Shown here piece by piece: positions 28,623 to 37,933 of a stretch of DNA of 44,757 nt. The position numbers and the translations under genes are program-made. Each line of letters opens with the position of its first letter. Position 1 is the stretch's first letter. The notes under the pieces were generated by a model, which was not told the origin of the DNA, did no database searches, and was given only the letters and a program-made list of their open reading frames with translations. This DNA is from Candidatus Krumholzibacteriia bacterium (GTDB taxonomy: Bacteria > Krumholzibacteriota > Krumholzibacteriia > WVZY01), in contig JBHHVD010000012.1 in the NCBI GenBank assembly GCA_046754105.1, positions 1 through 44,757 on the forward strand. The letters are read 5' to 3'.

Positions 28623-28964
28623 ATGAGGACGTTGCGGACATTACTTATCGTTGTGGGGCTTGCCATTTTCGCTATCGGTGTCGTCCGCGCCGATGTTCCG
28701 GAATGGACCGCCGCCCAAAAAGAAATTGCACGACTCGTACCATCGCCGTCGTCAAGCGATGCCGGCGATTACCAACGCGATTTTCGCGGCGGCGGGCACG
28801 CGTATTCGCCGCCTGCCCATTCGCCCGGGAGATCTGGGCCAGGGCGCGGCCCATTCCCGTCCGAATCAGCCACAGCGAAGCTGCCATCACCGCGCGAAGT
28901 GGACGTAAACGTACTCCGCAAGCCTTTCGGCGATCGGCGATTGTCCGCCAGCCCGAATTCATAG
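28623..28964 (+). CDS. small hypothetical exported protein (113 aa)
   Basis: SD AGGAG before ATG 28623; signal peptide MRTLRTLLIVVGLAIFAIGVVRA; low-complexity G/P/S mature part. Confidence 0.6.
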   Translation: MRTLRTLLIVVGLAIFAIGVVRADVPEWTAAQKEIARLVPSPSSSDAGDYQRDFRGGGHAYSPPAHSPGRSGPGRGPFPSESATAKLPSPREVDVNVLRKPFGDRRLSASPNS

Positions 28965-28989
28965 TAACCTTCCCCCTCGTAACAACGTA
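28963..28989 (+). promoter_or_regulatory. ECF-sigma-type promoter of the ABC operon
   Basis: AGTAAC-N17-CGTA, ~25 nt upstream of ATG 29014. Confidence 0.4.
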
Positions 28990-29013
28990 TGTGAGAGAAG
29001 AACGGCTCTCGAG

Positions 29014-29766
29014 ATGCCAAACCGACCCCATCCGATTTCCACGGCATTCTGGACCTATCTGATCCCCATGACCGCGACCCGCGCCATGCGGATCGGTCTC
29101 GTTTTCTTCGTGATCTTCATCGCCGCCGTCGCGCTCCTGTTCATGGGCGGGCTCATTTCCTCCTGGTTCGGCGACCACGCGCTGCGCGGCATGCGCCACT
29201 TTCTGGTCATGCTGATGGTGCCCGTCGGCGCGGTGCTGCTCTCCGAGATGCCGATCCGAGACGGCATTACGCACCGCACCCTGCTCTACCCGCTGCTCGG
29301 ACCCGTGCCCCGCGCCACGCTGGCCGTCGTGCGCATCGTCGTATCGAGCGCCATACTCGCCCTGGCCGCCGGCGCGCTGCTGCTGCTCATCCGGGTGCTG
29401 CTCCGGGACGGCTTCGGGTTTCTGCCGCGCGAGCTGCTGGCGGTGACCCTGGGCGCGTCCGCCTACGTGCCGCTGTTCGCCTTTGTTCACCTCTACAACC
29501 GGCGCGGTCTCGTCGCGGGGCTGGCCATCCTCTTTGTCTTCGACATGCCGCTCGGCACCGTCCCGTTCTCGCTGCGGAACCTTTCCCCCTCCTATCACGT
29601 GGGCGTTATCGCCAGCCAGCAAGGCACGATGAAGCTGCCGATCTCGTTCGGGCATCCCGACTCGTCGGTCGCCCTGTCGGCTTTGATCCTGTTTGGGATC
29701 GCCCTGGTATTCATGGCGGCCGTCGCGGTGGGATTCTCGCGCAAGGACCTGGGCGAGCTATGCTAA
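29014..29766 (+). CDS. ABC-2 type transporter permease
   Basis: About six TM segments; DGITHRTLLYPLLGPVPR motif; first gene of the ABC operon. Confidence 0.8.
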   Translation: MPNRPHPISTAFWTYLIPMTATRAMRIGLVFFVIFIAAVALLFMGGLISSWFGDHALRGMRHFLVMLMVPVGAVLLSEMPIRDGITHRTLLYPLLGPVPRATLAVVRIVVSSAILALAAGALLLLIRVLLRDGFGFLPRELLAVTLGASAYVPLFAFVHLYNRRGLVAGLAILFVFDMPLGTVPFSLRNLSPSYHVGVIASQQGTMKLPISFGHPDSSVALSALILFGIALVFMAAVAVGFSRKDLGELC

Positions 29767-29776
29767 AGGACAAACG

Positions 29777-30697
29777 ATGAGCGAACCGTGGATCCAACTC
29801 GAAGACGTACGCCTCTCCCGCGGGGGACGTCTCGTTCTAAAAGGGATCACCTCCAAACTCGCCGGCCGCGCCGTCGGTCTCGTGGGCGCCAACGGCGCCG
29901 GTAAGTCGACCTTGATCGGCGCGCTGCTCGGGGTGCTCAAGGCCGACGCGGGGTCGATCCGCGTGCTCGGGCTCGACCTGCCGCGTATGGCGATGGAGGT
30001 GCGGGCGCGGGCGGGGGTGATGGCCGAGCAGGCGGGCGTCTTCCCGGGCGGCTCGGGGGTCGACGCGGTCGTCTTTGCGGGTATGCTCAGCGGGCTCCCC
30101 CGGCGCGAGGCGCTGCGCAAGGCGCACCGCGCTCTGGACGCGCTCGACGTGGGCGAGGAACGCTACCGTCCCACCCCCGGGTACTCCACCGGCATGCGCC
30201 AGCGATGCAAACTCGCAATGAGCCTCGTACACGACCCGGAGATCCTGATCCTCGACGAGCCGACGGTGGGCCTCGACCCGCCGGGCCGCACGCAGCTCCT
30301 GTCCCTGATTCGGGACCTGCGCGACGAGGGCCGGCGCATCCTGATGAGCACCCACATCATGCAGGATGCGGACTTCGTGTGCGACGAGCTGCTCCTGTTG
30401 GAAAAGGGCACGCCGGCGTACTCGGGACGGCTCGAGGATCTCGTCGGCACCGGCGCGGGCGTGGTCGTGGCCACCGGCGAGGGTCTCGACGCCGCGTTCG
30501 CCCGCGGGCTGGAGGAAAAAGGGTACGCGATTCACACGCACGATACCGAACGGGTCGCCTTCGAGCCGGCCGGCGACAACGAGCTGAGAGAGTTCTGGCG
30601 GCTCGCCGCCGAGCGGGGCGCGGAAGTGCGCTCGCTCGGCCGTGACCTGCCGACGCTGGAGAGCGCGGTCGTGAGCAAGATGGAGGATTCACGATGA
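29777..30697 (+). CDS. ABC transporter ATP-binding protein
   Basis: Walker A GANGAGKST, signature YSTGMRQR, Walker B LILDEPT; SD AAGGA before ATG 29777. Confidence 0.93.
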   Translation: MSEPWIQLEDVRLSRGGRLVLKGITSKLAGRAVGLVGANGAGKSTLIGALLGVLKADAGSIRVLGLDLPRMAMEVRARAGVMAEQAGVFPGGSGVDAVVFAGMLSGLPRREALRKAHRALDALDVGEERYRPTPGYSTGMRQRCKLAMSLVHDPEILILDEPTVGLDPPGRTQLLSLIRDLRDEGRRILMSTHIMQDADFVCDELLLLEKGTPAYSGRLEDLVGTGAGVVVATGEGLDAAFARGLEEKGYAIHTHDTERVAFEPAGDNELREFWRLAAERGAEVRSLGRDLPTLESAVVSKMEDSR

Positions 30698-31485
30698 ACG
30701 GCCAGCTTCGGGCCCCGACGTCGCTCCAGGTCATCGCCGCCATCGCCCGGCGCGAGATCTCGGTGGCACTGCGGCGCCGGCTGGTCAAGCTCCTCTTTCT
30801 GGGCAACCTGATTCCGCCGCTGGTGATGGCGGTAATCCTGGTCGTCAACATGATGATCCGGCAGGCGGGGATGGGAGACCTGGGGTGGGACCCGCTGCTG
30901 CGCCTGTTCCTCATTCAGGCGGGACCGGTGCTGCTGCTGGCGCTCGGCATCGGCACGCCGCTGGTGGCCCGCGACCGCAACGAGGACGTGTTGTTTCTCT
31001 ACGCGACGCGTCCGGTCACACCGTGGTCCTACACACTGGGCAAGATGATCGCGGTCGCACTCCCCGCGGTGGCGCTGCTCGTCGTGCCCGGGATCCTGAT
31101 GGCCATCCTGCGCCAGGGCCTGCTGGACGAGTTTCATCTGGTCGATTCGGTCGTGCTGATCGCCAAGGTCACGTTGACGGCGGTGCTGATGGCGTGGGGC
31201 TATTCGGGTATCACGGTCGGATCGAGCGCGGCGGCGAAAAAAGCACGCTGGGCACTCCTGCTTGCGATCGCCTGTTTTGTCATACCCAGCGCGATCTCCG
31301 ACATCATCTGGCCGCGCGGGGGGTACGCACTGGACGCGGGGGAGGCGGTAAAGGACCTGATCACCGCCCTGTTCGAGGGGAGCTGGATCGAGTACGGAGT
31401 GGTGGGCGCGCTGTCCCTCGTCGTCTGGGGAACGTTGGGCGCGCTGGTCACCGCGGCCCGCGTGCGACGGGAGATGACGCCGTGA
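30694..31485 (+). CDS. ABC-2 type transporter permease
   Basis: Multi-TM; ARDR...LYATRPVT...Y.LGK motif; ATGA overlap. Confidence 0.85.
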   Translation: MNGQLRAPTSLQVIAAIARREISVALRRRLVKLLFLGNLIPPLVMAVILVVNMMIRQAGMGDLGWDPLLRLFLIQAGPVLLLALGIGTPLVARDRNEDVLFLYATRPVTPWSYTLGKMIAVALPAVALLVVPGILMAILRQGLLDEFHLVDSVVLIAKVTLTAVLMAWGYSGITVGSSAAAKKARWALLLAIACFVIPSAISDIIWPRGGYALDAGEAVKDLITALFEGSWIEYGVVGALSLVVWGTLGALVTAARVRREMTP

Positions 31486-32465
31486 ACCGCATGGACACAA
31501 AAGCCTCGAGCGGTCCCCGCGCCGATACCGGTACCGCCACCCTCGATGGGGTGAGCGTGTTCTACGGTGAGGTCGTGGGCCTGAGCCGGGTCGACCTCGG
31601 GCTGCGGCCCGGGGTCACCGGAATCGTGGGCCCCAACGGCAGTGGCAAGACGACGATGATGCGCGCGCTGGTCGGGCTCATCCGGCCCAAGGAGGGACGG
31701 GTCCGCGTCCTCGGGCGGTCGCCGTTTGCGGATGCCGAGGTTCGCTCCCGGATCACGCTCGTCCCCGCGGTAGAGAGTTTTTACCCGGGCCTTTCGGGGA
31801 GTAGAAATCTCGAGGTGGCCTTCATGGCCCAGGGGAGGACGCGGAGCGCCGCGCGAGAACTCGCGCAGCGCGGACTGGAACTGGTCGGTCTGGTGGCGGA
31901 CGGCGGGCGGCGCTACGGCGCCTGGTCGCGCGGTATGCGCCAGCGGCTGAAACTGGGGCTGGCACTGGCCAGCGACTCGGAGATCGTGCTGCTCGACGAG
32001 CCATTCCTCGGTGTGGATCCGCCCAACCGGATTGCCCTTCGCGATCATGTCCTGGCGCTGGGCCAGGAGGGGCGCACGGTGCTCGTATCCTCGCACGTGC
32101 TGCACGAGATCGAGGCCCTGACCGATCTCGTTGGTGTCCTCGCGCACGGGCGGTTGCTCGGGTTCGGCAAGGTCCGCACGCTGCTGCGCAGGATCCGTGA
32201 CGACCACCCGCACCGCGTGGTCTTGCACGTCGACGACCCTCGAAAGTTGGGACAACAACTGATGGCCCTCGCCCACGTCCAGGAACTCAAGATCGTGGGC
32301 CAGGACGCACTCGAGTTCGTGACGGTGCGGCCCGAGGCCGCCTACCGCGAACTGCCGCGCCTGGTGGTGGCATCGGGGGTCGTCGTACGCCGCGTGCACT
32401 CGCTCGATCACTCGCTGGAAGCCGTGTTCGCCCACGTCACCGAGGCGGGCAGCCGCCGGCTCTGA
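31482..32465 (+). CDS. ABC transporter ATP-binding protein
   Basis: GPNGSGKTT, WSRGMRQR, LLDEP, SSH. GTGA overlap at 31482 (alternative ATG 31491). Confidence 0.93.
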   Translation: MNRMDTKASSGPRADTGTATLDGVSVFYGEVVGLSRVDLGLRPGVTGIVGPNGSGKTTMMRALVGLIRPKEGRVRVLGRSPFADAEVRSRITLVPAVESFYPGLSGSRNLEVAFMAQGRTRSAARELAQRGLELVGLVADGGRRYGAWSRGMRQRLKLGLALASDSEIVLLDEPFLGVDPPNRIALRDHVLALGQEGRTVLVSSHVLHEIEALTDLVGVLAHGRLLGFGKVRTLLRRIRDDHPHRVVLHVDDPRKLGQQLMALAHVQELKIVGQDALEFVTVRPEAAYRELPRLVVASGVVVRRVHSLDHSLEAVFAHVTEAGSRRL

Positions 32466-32583
32466 TAGCGCGGGCGCCCGCGGCGCGTGGGGGGCCATTC
32501 CCAGGTGTGCCGACCGCCCGCCACCGGCTGCTTGTCCCCTGTCGCCCCCCGCGTGAGCGGCGCCCGCATTTTTCAAGACACCC

Positions 32584-32610
32584 GGCAACCCTTTTGACCC
32601 TTGATGTCAC
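32584..32610 (+). promoter_or_regulatory. ECF-type autoregulatory promoter candidate
   Basis: GGCAAC-N16-GTCAC ending just before the sigma ATG at 32619. Confidence 0.35.
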
Positions 32611-32618
32611 TATATGGT

Positions 32619-32926
32619 ATGGGCACTGCGCTGGAATCCAGGCGACCGGAACGCCGGCTCGTCGAGCGTTTTCTCCGCAACCGTGATGAGCGCACCTTCC
32701 GCCGGATATACCGCGACCACACTCGTCGATCTGGAACGCGCGTGCGAGGTTGCCGCCCGGCCGCCGTGAAGTGCTGATCCTCTACGACGTCGGAGGTTTC
32801 ACGCACGCGGAAGTTGCGGCGATGCTCGGCATCGACGCCGGCACATCAAAAAGTCAACTCTCGAGAGCCAGACAAGCCATGCGGGCCTATCTAAGCGCCG
32901 CCGGAGGTGATCGAGATGCACGATGA
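32619..32926 (+). pseudogene. ECF sigma factor pseudogene (not in the ORF track)
   Basis: MGTALESRRPERRLVERFLRNRDERTFRRIYRDHT (ECF N-terminus) joins out of frame to VDLERA, then shifts again to ARLPPGRREVLILYDVGGFTHAEVAAMLGIDAGTSKSQLSRARQAMR (region 4). Most of region 2 is missing. Confidence 0.85.
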
Positions 32927-33275
32927 ATATTCGAACGGGCTGATCCGCGCCGAACGCGACGCGCTCACGTCGCTACCGCACGAGCAGACTCCGCCGCGCG
33001 AGCTTGAAGACCGCACGGTTTCAGTCCTCAAGGAGCACGGGCTGATCCGCGAACGACGTATGCCCTGGTGGGCGTTGTTGCGGCTGACCGGGGCTGTCGC
33101 GGCGCTCCTCGTTGCGTTCGGTATCGGTTTGACGATCGGTGGCCGTACGCCGCCGCCCGGGGCCGAAGCGAAACCGACGCAAATGCTTTTTCTCTACTAT
33201 CCGCCTGGGATGCGAGGAAACATGACCGCCCGGGCATCCGTGGGGTCCGGCGGCGGTTACTCCGGCCACGTGTAG
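32916..33275 (+). CDS. single-pass membrane protein, probable anti-sigma factor, likely C-terminally truncated
   Basis: SD GGAGGT; overlaps the sigma stop; PPRELEDRTV then one TM helix; short tail runs into the convergent gene. Confidence 0.6.
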   Translation: MHDEYSNGLIRAERDALTSLPHEQTPPRELEDRTVSVLKEHGLIRERRMPWWALLRLTGAVAALLVAFGIGLTIGGRTPPPGAEAKPTQMLFLYYPPGMRGNMTARASVGSGGGYSGHV

Positions 33276-34177
33276 CCGAAGTACCGGTTCTCGCGGCCGG
33301 CGACGCGGGCGATGATCTCGAGGTCGGCCGGCGTAAAGCGTTTCTTCCACGACTCGTCTTTCCGTATCGTGGGGTTCCGCTCGAGACGCATCTCGTTGCC
33401 GATGATGTGGTGCTCCACCGCGTAGAAGTTTTGCGGCACCGCGGCGCGCTCGACGCCGGCAAAGTCGGAAATCCGGTCCATGGTCCCCTGGACGTCGGCG
33501 CAAAGATCGTCGTAGCGGAGCCGCAGCCACCGGTCCGGCGGCACATAGCGGCGGGACCGTTCCGAGTTCATGTTCGCGTTGCGCCACGCGCGCGCCGCCC
33601 ACGTGACGGCGCTCGTGCCGCTGTGTTTGAGGAAGCTCGAGGCGGCGCCCCGCACGTCGCGGACCAGGTGGATCGCCCGCAGGTCGAAGTCCCCCGCCGC
33701 CTGCAGAAACTTGAGGCGAATCGAATCTTTCTGCGCGTCCACGAAGACCCTCTTGCCGGCGATCTCCAGTACCGCCCGCGCCAGGTGCGTGTTGCGCCGT
33801 TCGATGTCGCGTATCGCCCGCCGGTAATTCGGGAACAGCGGCACGACCCGGTCGCGGATCCTCTCCAGAGCGACGCTGCGCAGTGGGCGCACGAGCGCGA
33901 TGTCCACGAGGCGGTGGCGGCTGAGGCGAAAGGCCGTCCTCCAGTTCGCCAGCTCGAAGCTGCTGCCCAGCTCGCGGATGCGGTGTTCGACCTCGCTGTA
34001 GAACGGGCACTCCGGCAGCAGGGCGCCGCACGAACAGGTGTAGCTGTTGACGTCCGCGGCGGCGATCAACCCCTCGGCTTCCGAGATGCTCGCCATCGCG
34101 GGGTGGGAATTGAGGAGAAACGCAAGCAGTGTGGATCCGCAGTAACTCGCGCCGCTAATATAGAGGTAGGGAACCAT
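33257..34177 (-). CDS. sulfotransferase family protein (306 aa)
   Basis: 5'-PSB-like GASYCGSTLL, CSCG...CPFY, 3'-PB-like HLVRDVR, LRYDDL. Confidence 0.88.
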   Translation of the reverse strand: MVPYLYISGASYCGSTLLAFLLNSHPAMASISEAEGLIAAADVNSYTCSCGALLPECPFYSEVEHRIRELGSSFELANWRTAFRLSRHRLVDIALVRPLRSVALERIRDRVVPLFPNYRRAIRDIERRNTHLARAVLEIAGKRVFVDAQKDSIRLKFLQAAGDFDLRAIHLVRDVRGAASSFLKHSGTSAVTWAARAWRNANMNSERSRRYVPPDRWLRLRYDDLCADVQGTMDRISDFAGVERAAVPQNFYAVEHHIIGNEMRLERNPTIRKDESWKKRFTPADLEIIARVAGRENRYFGYTWPE

Positions 34178-34304
34178 CGCGTCTTCGGCGCAAGAAACTA
34201 GCACGCCCGCCCGACAGCGGTCAAACACGTTCTGAAGGGCGACGCCGGGCCGTCTCCGCGGCGGCGGTCAAGCGGATTGCTGGACCGATGGCGTTGCGTC
34301 GTGG

Positions 34305-35303
34305 CTACTCGACCGGCCCCTCCGCCGAGCCGACGACGATGGCGACCGACCCGCGGTCGGGCGCGCCGTTTTGCACCGACGTGATGGACTGCACGCGCGC
34401 GGGGTCGCCGATGAGGAGCGGGCGCAGCTGCCGGGTGATACCGGCGGCGATCTCCTTGGCGTCGTTGAACGAGCGGGCGGTTACCTCGACGCGGACCACG
34501 TGCTGCGGGTCTCGCTGGTTGATCCAGCTGGCCGCTTCGAGCAGGATCGCGGGGGCGGGTGCGGCGCCGCCGGGCGCGGCCGATTCGGGGCGCGGTACGG
34601 CGAGCTTGTCGCCCGGGAAGAGCATGGTGAAACCACTCGGCGTGGCCAACCGGTACGAGGGCAGCTCGAAGCCCTTGCCGACAAAATTGCGCTTGTTTCC
34701 GGCCCGATCGAATGCTTCCAGCACGTACGAGTAGGTCAGTCCCGGCGGGACCGGTTTGCCGTCCAGCCCGCGGCCGTCCCAGGTAAGCTCTTCGGGCGGT
34801 TTTCCCTCGCCGTCGAAACGGGCGACCGTCTCACCCGTGGAGTTTGCGACCACCAGAGCCCAGCGGTCCACACCCTCTACCGCGGGCCGGAAGCGCGCAA
34901 CGCCGCGTGTGGAGAAATGATCGAACCACGGCCGCGCGTAGAACGGCGGCCGCTGCCGGGCGCTGCGTTCGAGGTACGGGGACACCAGGTCGAGATCGCT
35001 GCGGCCCAGTACCGAGTACACGCTTTGCCACTCGAGACCCGGTGCGCTCTTGGGGTCGAGATCGAGGTCCAGGTCGGGGCGCTCGAACTCGATGCGCACC
35101 CGGTCTTCGCCCTCGATGCGGAGGCTCTTGAAGATCGTGCCCTCCTCGCCGCCCTCGAGCTTCATGGTGCTGTCCGCTGCAGCGCCGGCGTTGGATTGGG
35201 TATTCTTCCCGGCAGCGGCCGCGCCGGCCACCCTGACACTGTGCACGCCGATTCCGGCGCCGACCGAGAGAACCGCCGCAAGTATCCACTGGTTTTTTTT
35301 CAT
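34305..35303 (-). CDS. exported hypothetical protein with internal FlgD-like Ig domain (332 aa)
   Basis: Signal peptide; WALVVANSTGETVARF...LTWDGRGLDG...YSYVLEAFDRAGN; last gene of the Ton-type operon. Confidence 0.75.
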   Translation of the reverse strand: MKKNQWILAAVLSVGAGIGVHSVRVAGAAAAGKNTQSNAGAAADSTMKLEGGEEGTIFKSLRIEGEDRVRIEFERPDLDLDLDPKSAPGLEWQSVYSVLGRSDLDLVSPYLERSARQRPPFYARPWFDHFSTRGVARFRPAVEGVDRWALVVANSTGETVARFDGEGKPPEELTWDGRGLDGKPVPPGLTYSYVLEAFDRAGNKRNFVGKGFELPSYRLATPSGFTMLFPGDKLAVPRPESAAPGGAAPAPAILLEAASWINQRDPQHVVRVEVTARSFNDAKEIAAGITRQLRPLLIGDPARVQSITSVQNGAPDRGSVAIVVGSAEGPVE

Positions 35304-35339
35304 CGCACGCACTCCGTAGGTTGTGTGTCACCTGACAAG

Positions 35340-36284
35340 CTAGTCGGCTCCACTCAGGCGGTAATGAAACATAATCGTGCCCCACTGCTCACCGGTAGTG
35401 CCGGGCCGCAGCGGCTGGAACTGCCAGGCGAGAATGGCGTTGACCGCGTTGTCGTCGAAATCCGTAAAACCCGACGTCTTTTGCACCATGACGTTTTCTT
35501 TAACATGCCCGTCCGGGAGCACCACGAAGTAAATCATGACCGAGGCCTCGACACCCTCCCGCTTGGCCCACTCGGGGTAGGGGGGTGCGTTGTAGGAGAC
35601 GATGGGCCGGTCGGCAACGGGGCCCGTCATGTGCGCACCGGCCAGCTCGCGCCGCGCGGCACTCTCCGTGGCTTCGCTGCGCGCGCGCGCCGCCGGACGT
35701 TCGGGCGGTGGCGTTGGTACAATCGCCTTTGCGATCGTCGTCCTGGAGCGGGCGAGCGCGATCGGTTTCGGCCTCGCGGTCGCGGTGCGCGTCAAAGCGC
35801 CCGGCCGGGACGTGCGCGCAACGTCGATGGCGCCCGCCAGCCTCGGTCTCGCAACCGAAGACGGGAGCGCGAGCGATGCGATCTTGTTCGGCTTTGCCGC
35901 GGCCTCGTGCTGCAGCGACGCGAGACGCTCGCTGAGCTTGTCCTCGATGGCCTCGACCGATTGGGCCCGTGGCGCAAGGTCGGCGATCGCCCGTTCGCGT
36001 TCGAAGGTTTTGTCATTCTTGCGCGGCGAGGAACGGGGCAACGTCGTGCGGTCGCCCGGCGCCGCTTCGTTCGTCGCGGCGACGGAGGTCAGCGCGGTCG
36101 CCGCCGCGGCCTCGACGTCGTCGATCCACGTGATCTCGGTAATGGCCGGCGGCTCGGGAACGATCCGGTGATAGAGCGAAAGAAACGCAAAGAACAGCAC
36201 GTGTGCGGCAACGCTCCGGAAGAGCCACTTGCGTGTCCGCCGGCGACTGGCCCACAGATCACGGGTAATGGTCAGGGCGCTCAT
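35340..36284 (-). CDS. tonB: TonB family energy transducer
   Basis: N-terminal TM SVAAHVLF (SxxxH motif); long A/P/R-rich linker; TonB-C YPEWAKREGVE...FVVLPDGHV...SGFTDFD...WQFQP. Confidence 0.88.
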   Translation of the reverse strand: MSALTITRDLWASRRRTRKWLFRSVAAHVLFFAFLSLYHRIVPEPPAITEITWIDDVEAAAATALTSVAATNEAAPGDRTTLPRSSPRKNDKTFERERAIADLAPRAQSVEAIEDKLSERLASLQHEAAAKPNKIASLALPSSVARPRLAGAIDVARTSRPGALTRTATARPKPIALARSRTTIAKAIVPTPPPERPAARARSEATESAARRELAGAHMTGPVADRPIVSYNAPPYPEWAKREGVEASVMIYFVVLPDGHVKENVMVQKTSGFTDFDDNAVNAILAWQFQPLRPGTTGEQWGTIMFHYRLSGAD

Positions 36285-36706
36285 GAGTGTCTCTTCTCCC
36301 TCTGGCGGGTTGCGATTGCGATGCGCGCGGCTCCCGCCCTGCGGACCAGCCTGAGAACGTGGTGGACGGATTCGTAGGGCATGCCGGCGTCGGCGCGCAC
36401 GACGACCAGAATGTTCTTGTTCGTGCTTTCCTCGAGTCGCGCGTTGAGTGTGCGCACGAACTCCTTCGGCGGTACCATGTCCTCGTTGATGGCCAGCTCG
36501 CCGTGGATACCCATCGTGACGCTCATACGCACCTCCGATTCGGCGGCGCGTGTTTGAACTCGCGGCAGGTCGACGTCCATGTTCGAGTTGGCGATCATGG
36601 GCGCGGTGACCAGAAGAATAATGACCAGTACGAGCGCCACGTCGATAATGGGCGTTACGTTGATGCGTGCAACGGTCGGTGCGGGATCGAACAAGGGACG
36701 CTTCAT
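36281..36706 (-). CDS. exbD: ExbD/TolR family protein
   Basis: INVTPIIDVALVLVII with the conserved Asp; VRAD motif. Confidence 0.92.
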   Translation of the reverse strand: MKRPLFDPAPTVARINVTPIIDVALVLVIILLVTAPMIANSNMDVDLPRVQTRAAESEVRMSVTMGIHGELAINEDMVPPKEFVRTLNARLEESTNKNILVVVRADAGMPYESVHHVLRLVRRAGAARIAIATRQREKRHS

Positions 36707-36707
36707 G

Positions 36708-37121
36708 TCATCTCCCCACCACGGCGATCTCGGAGGCGCCGGATAACTTGGCCTGGTCGAGCACGTCGACGAATGCGCCGTGCGAGACGTCTTTCCGGCA
36801 GCGGACCACTACCAGCCCGTCTACACTGGATGCCACCAGAGGCTCGAGAGTGGTCGTCAGCTCCCGGCGGGCCACGACGTCGCGGTTTACACGGACGCTG
36901 TCCTCGGAGACGACCCGTACCTCGACGCGTTCGAGGCGGCTCTCACGCTCAGCTGCACGGCCGGCGGTCGCGGAGCGCTTGACGGTGATACTCGACTCGA
37001 ACGCCAGCGGCGTGGCCAGCATCAACATGACCACCAGTACCAGCGAGACGTCGATCAACGGCGTCATGTTGACCTCGTGAGTTCCGTTGCCGTCCCTGTT
37101 CATCCTTTTTTGAAAGAACAC
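36708..37121 (-). CDS. exbD: ExbD/TolR family protein (second paralog)
   Basis: VNMTPLIDVSLVLVVM with the conserved Asp; HGAFVDVLDQAKLSGA. Confidence 0.9.
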   Translation of the reverse strand: MFFQKRMNRDGNGTHEVNMTPLIDVSLVLVVMLMLATPLAFESSITVKRSATAGRAAERESRLERVEVRVVSEDSVRVNRDVVARRELTTTLEPLVASSVDGLVVVRCRKDVSHGAFVDVLDQAKLSGASEIAVVGR

Positions 37122-37125
37122 CGGG

Positions 37126-37845
37126 CTACCTCGTCGCTACGGGTTCGGGCTCCTGGCCAAAGCCGTGCCGCCGCGACCCACCACGGGTTTGCGCCGACGC
37201 GGTTCCACTGCCGGGCACACCGGGGCTGCCGCTATCGAGCAGCGCCGTGCGCAGGGACCGGCAGTAGTTTTCGGAAACGGTCAGCATGACGTTCATGCGC
37301 CGGGAAAAATAGTTGTAGACCATCAGCGCCGGTACCGCGACCACGAGACCGGCAGCGGTCGTGACCAGCGCCTCGGCGACGCCCGAGGCGACCACCGACG
37401 GCGCGGCCGACCCGGTTTGCGACATGTCGTGAAACGCACGCATGATGCCCCACACCGTCCCCAGCAGGCCGATGAGTGGCGCGATGGCCGCCATGGTGCC
37501 GAGCACGTTCAGGTTGCGCTCGAGCAAGAGCTTCTGGCCGCTGAGCGCGATCTGCATGCGTTCTTCCAGCGATTCGAAACGGCTGCTCACGTTCTTGAAG
37601 ATTTCGCCGGCGACGGCACCGAGCGGGTGCGAGGTGTTTTCGCACACCACGGCCGCCTCCCGCGGCGAACCGGCGTTTATCTTCTTCAATGCCTTGGCCA
37701 GCGTGTCATCCGGGTTGCCCCGGCGCTCGAAGAAATACACGAAACGCTCGGCGGCGACGGCCAGCGTCACGATGCTGCACACCACCAGGGCGAGAAAGAT
37801 CGGGCTGCTCGTCGTTGCGTTTACCCAGTCAAAATCTGCAAACAT
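37126..37845 (-). CDS. exbB: MotA/TolQ/ExbB proton channel protein
   Basis: APLIGLLGTVWGIMRAF and GVAEALVTTAAGLVVAVPA. Confidence 0.93.
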   Translation of the reverse strand: MFADFDWVNATTSSPIFLALVVCSIVTLAVAAERFVYFFERRGNPDDTLAKALKKINAGSPREAAVVCENTSHPLGAVAGEIFKNVSSRFESLEERMQIALSGQKLLLERNLNVLGTMAAIAPLIGLLGTVWGIMRAFHDMSQTGSAAPSVVASGVAEALVTTAAGLVVAVPALMVYNYFSRRMNVMLTVSENYCRSLRTALLDSGSPGVPGSGTASAQTRGGSRRHGFGQEPEPVATR

Positions 37846-37933
37846 TGCGGCCTCCTTCTTGTGTTCCGCTACCGGGTGCCGGCCCGGGTCACCCGTGCCG
37901 TTTCACCATTTCGCCGTATCCGGCGGCGGCCGT

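Noticed and set aside
29014..32465. ABC operon as the gliding-associated GldAFG transporter
   Set aside because: Two ATPases plus two permeases and no GldG-like periplasmic component; fits a generic ABC-2 exporter.
34371..36377. 668-aa plus-strand ORF (and 25681-27120, 31200-32588, 33068-34201, 42224-43585)
   Set aside because: Lie antisense to well-supported genes and have Arg/Gly-rich shadow composition.
35340..37845. Ordinary Tol-Pal, flagellar stator or iron-uptake Ton locus
   Set aside because: No tolB, pal, motB or TonB-dependent receptor in the visible operon. Not fully excluded because the operon's 5' end lies outside the window.
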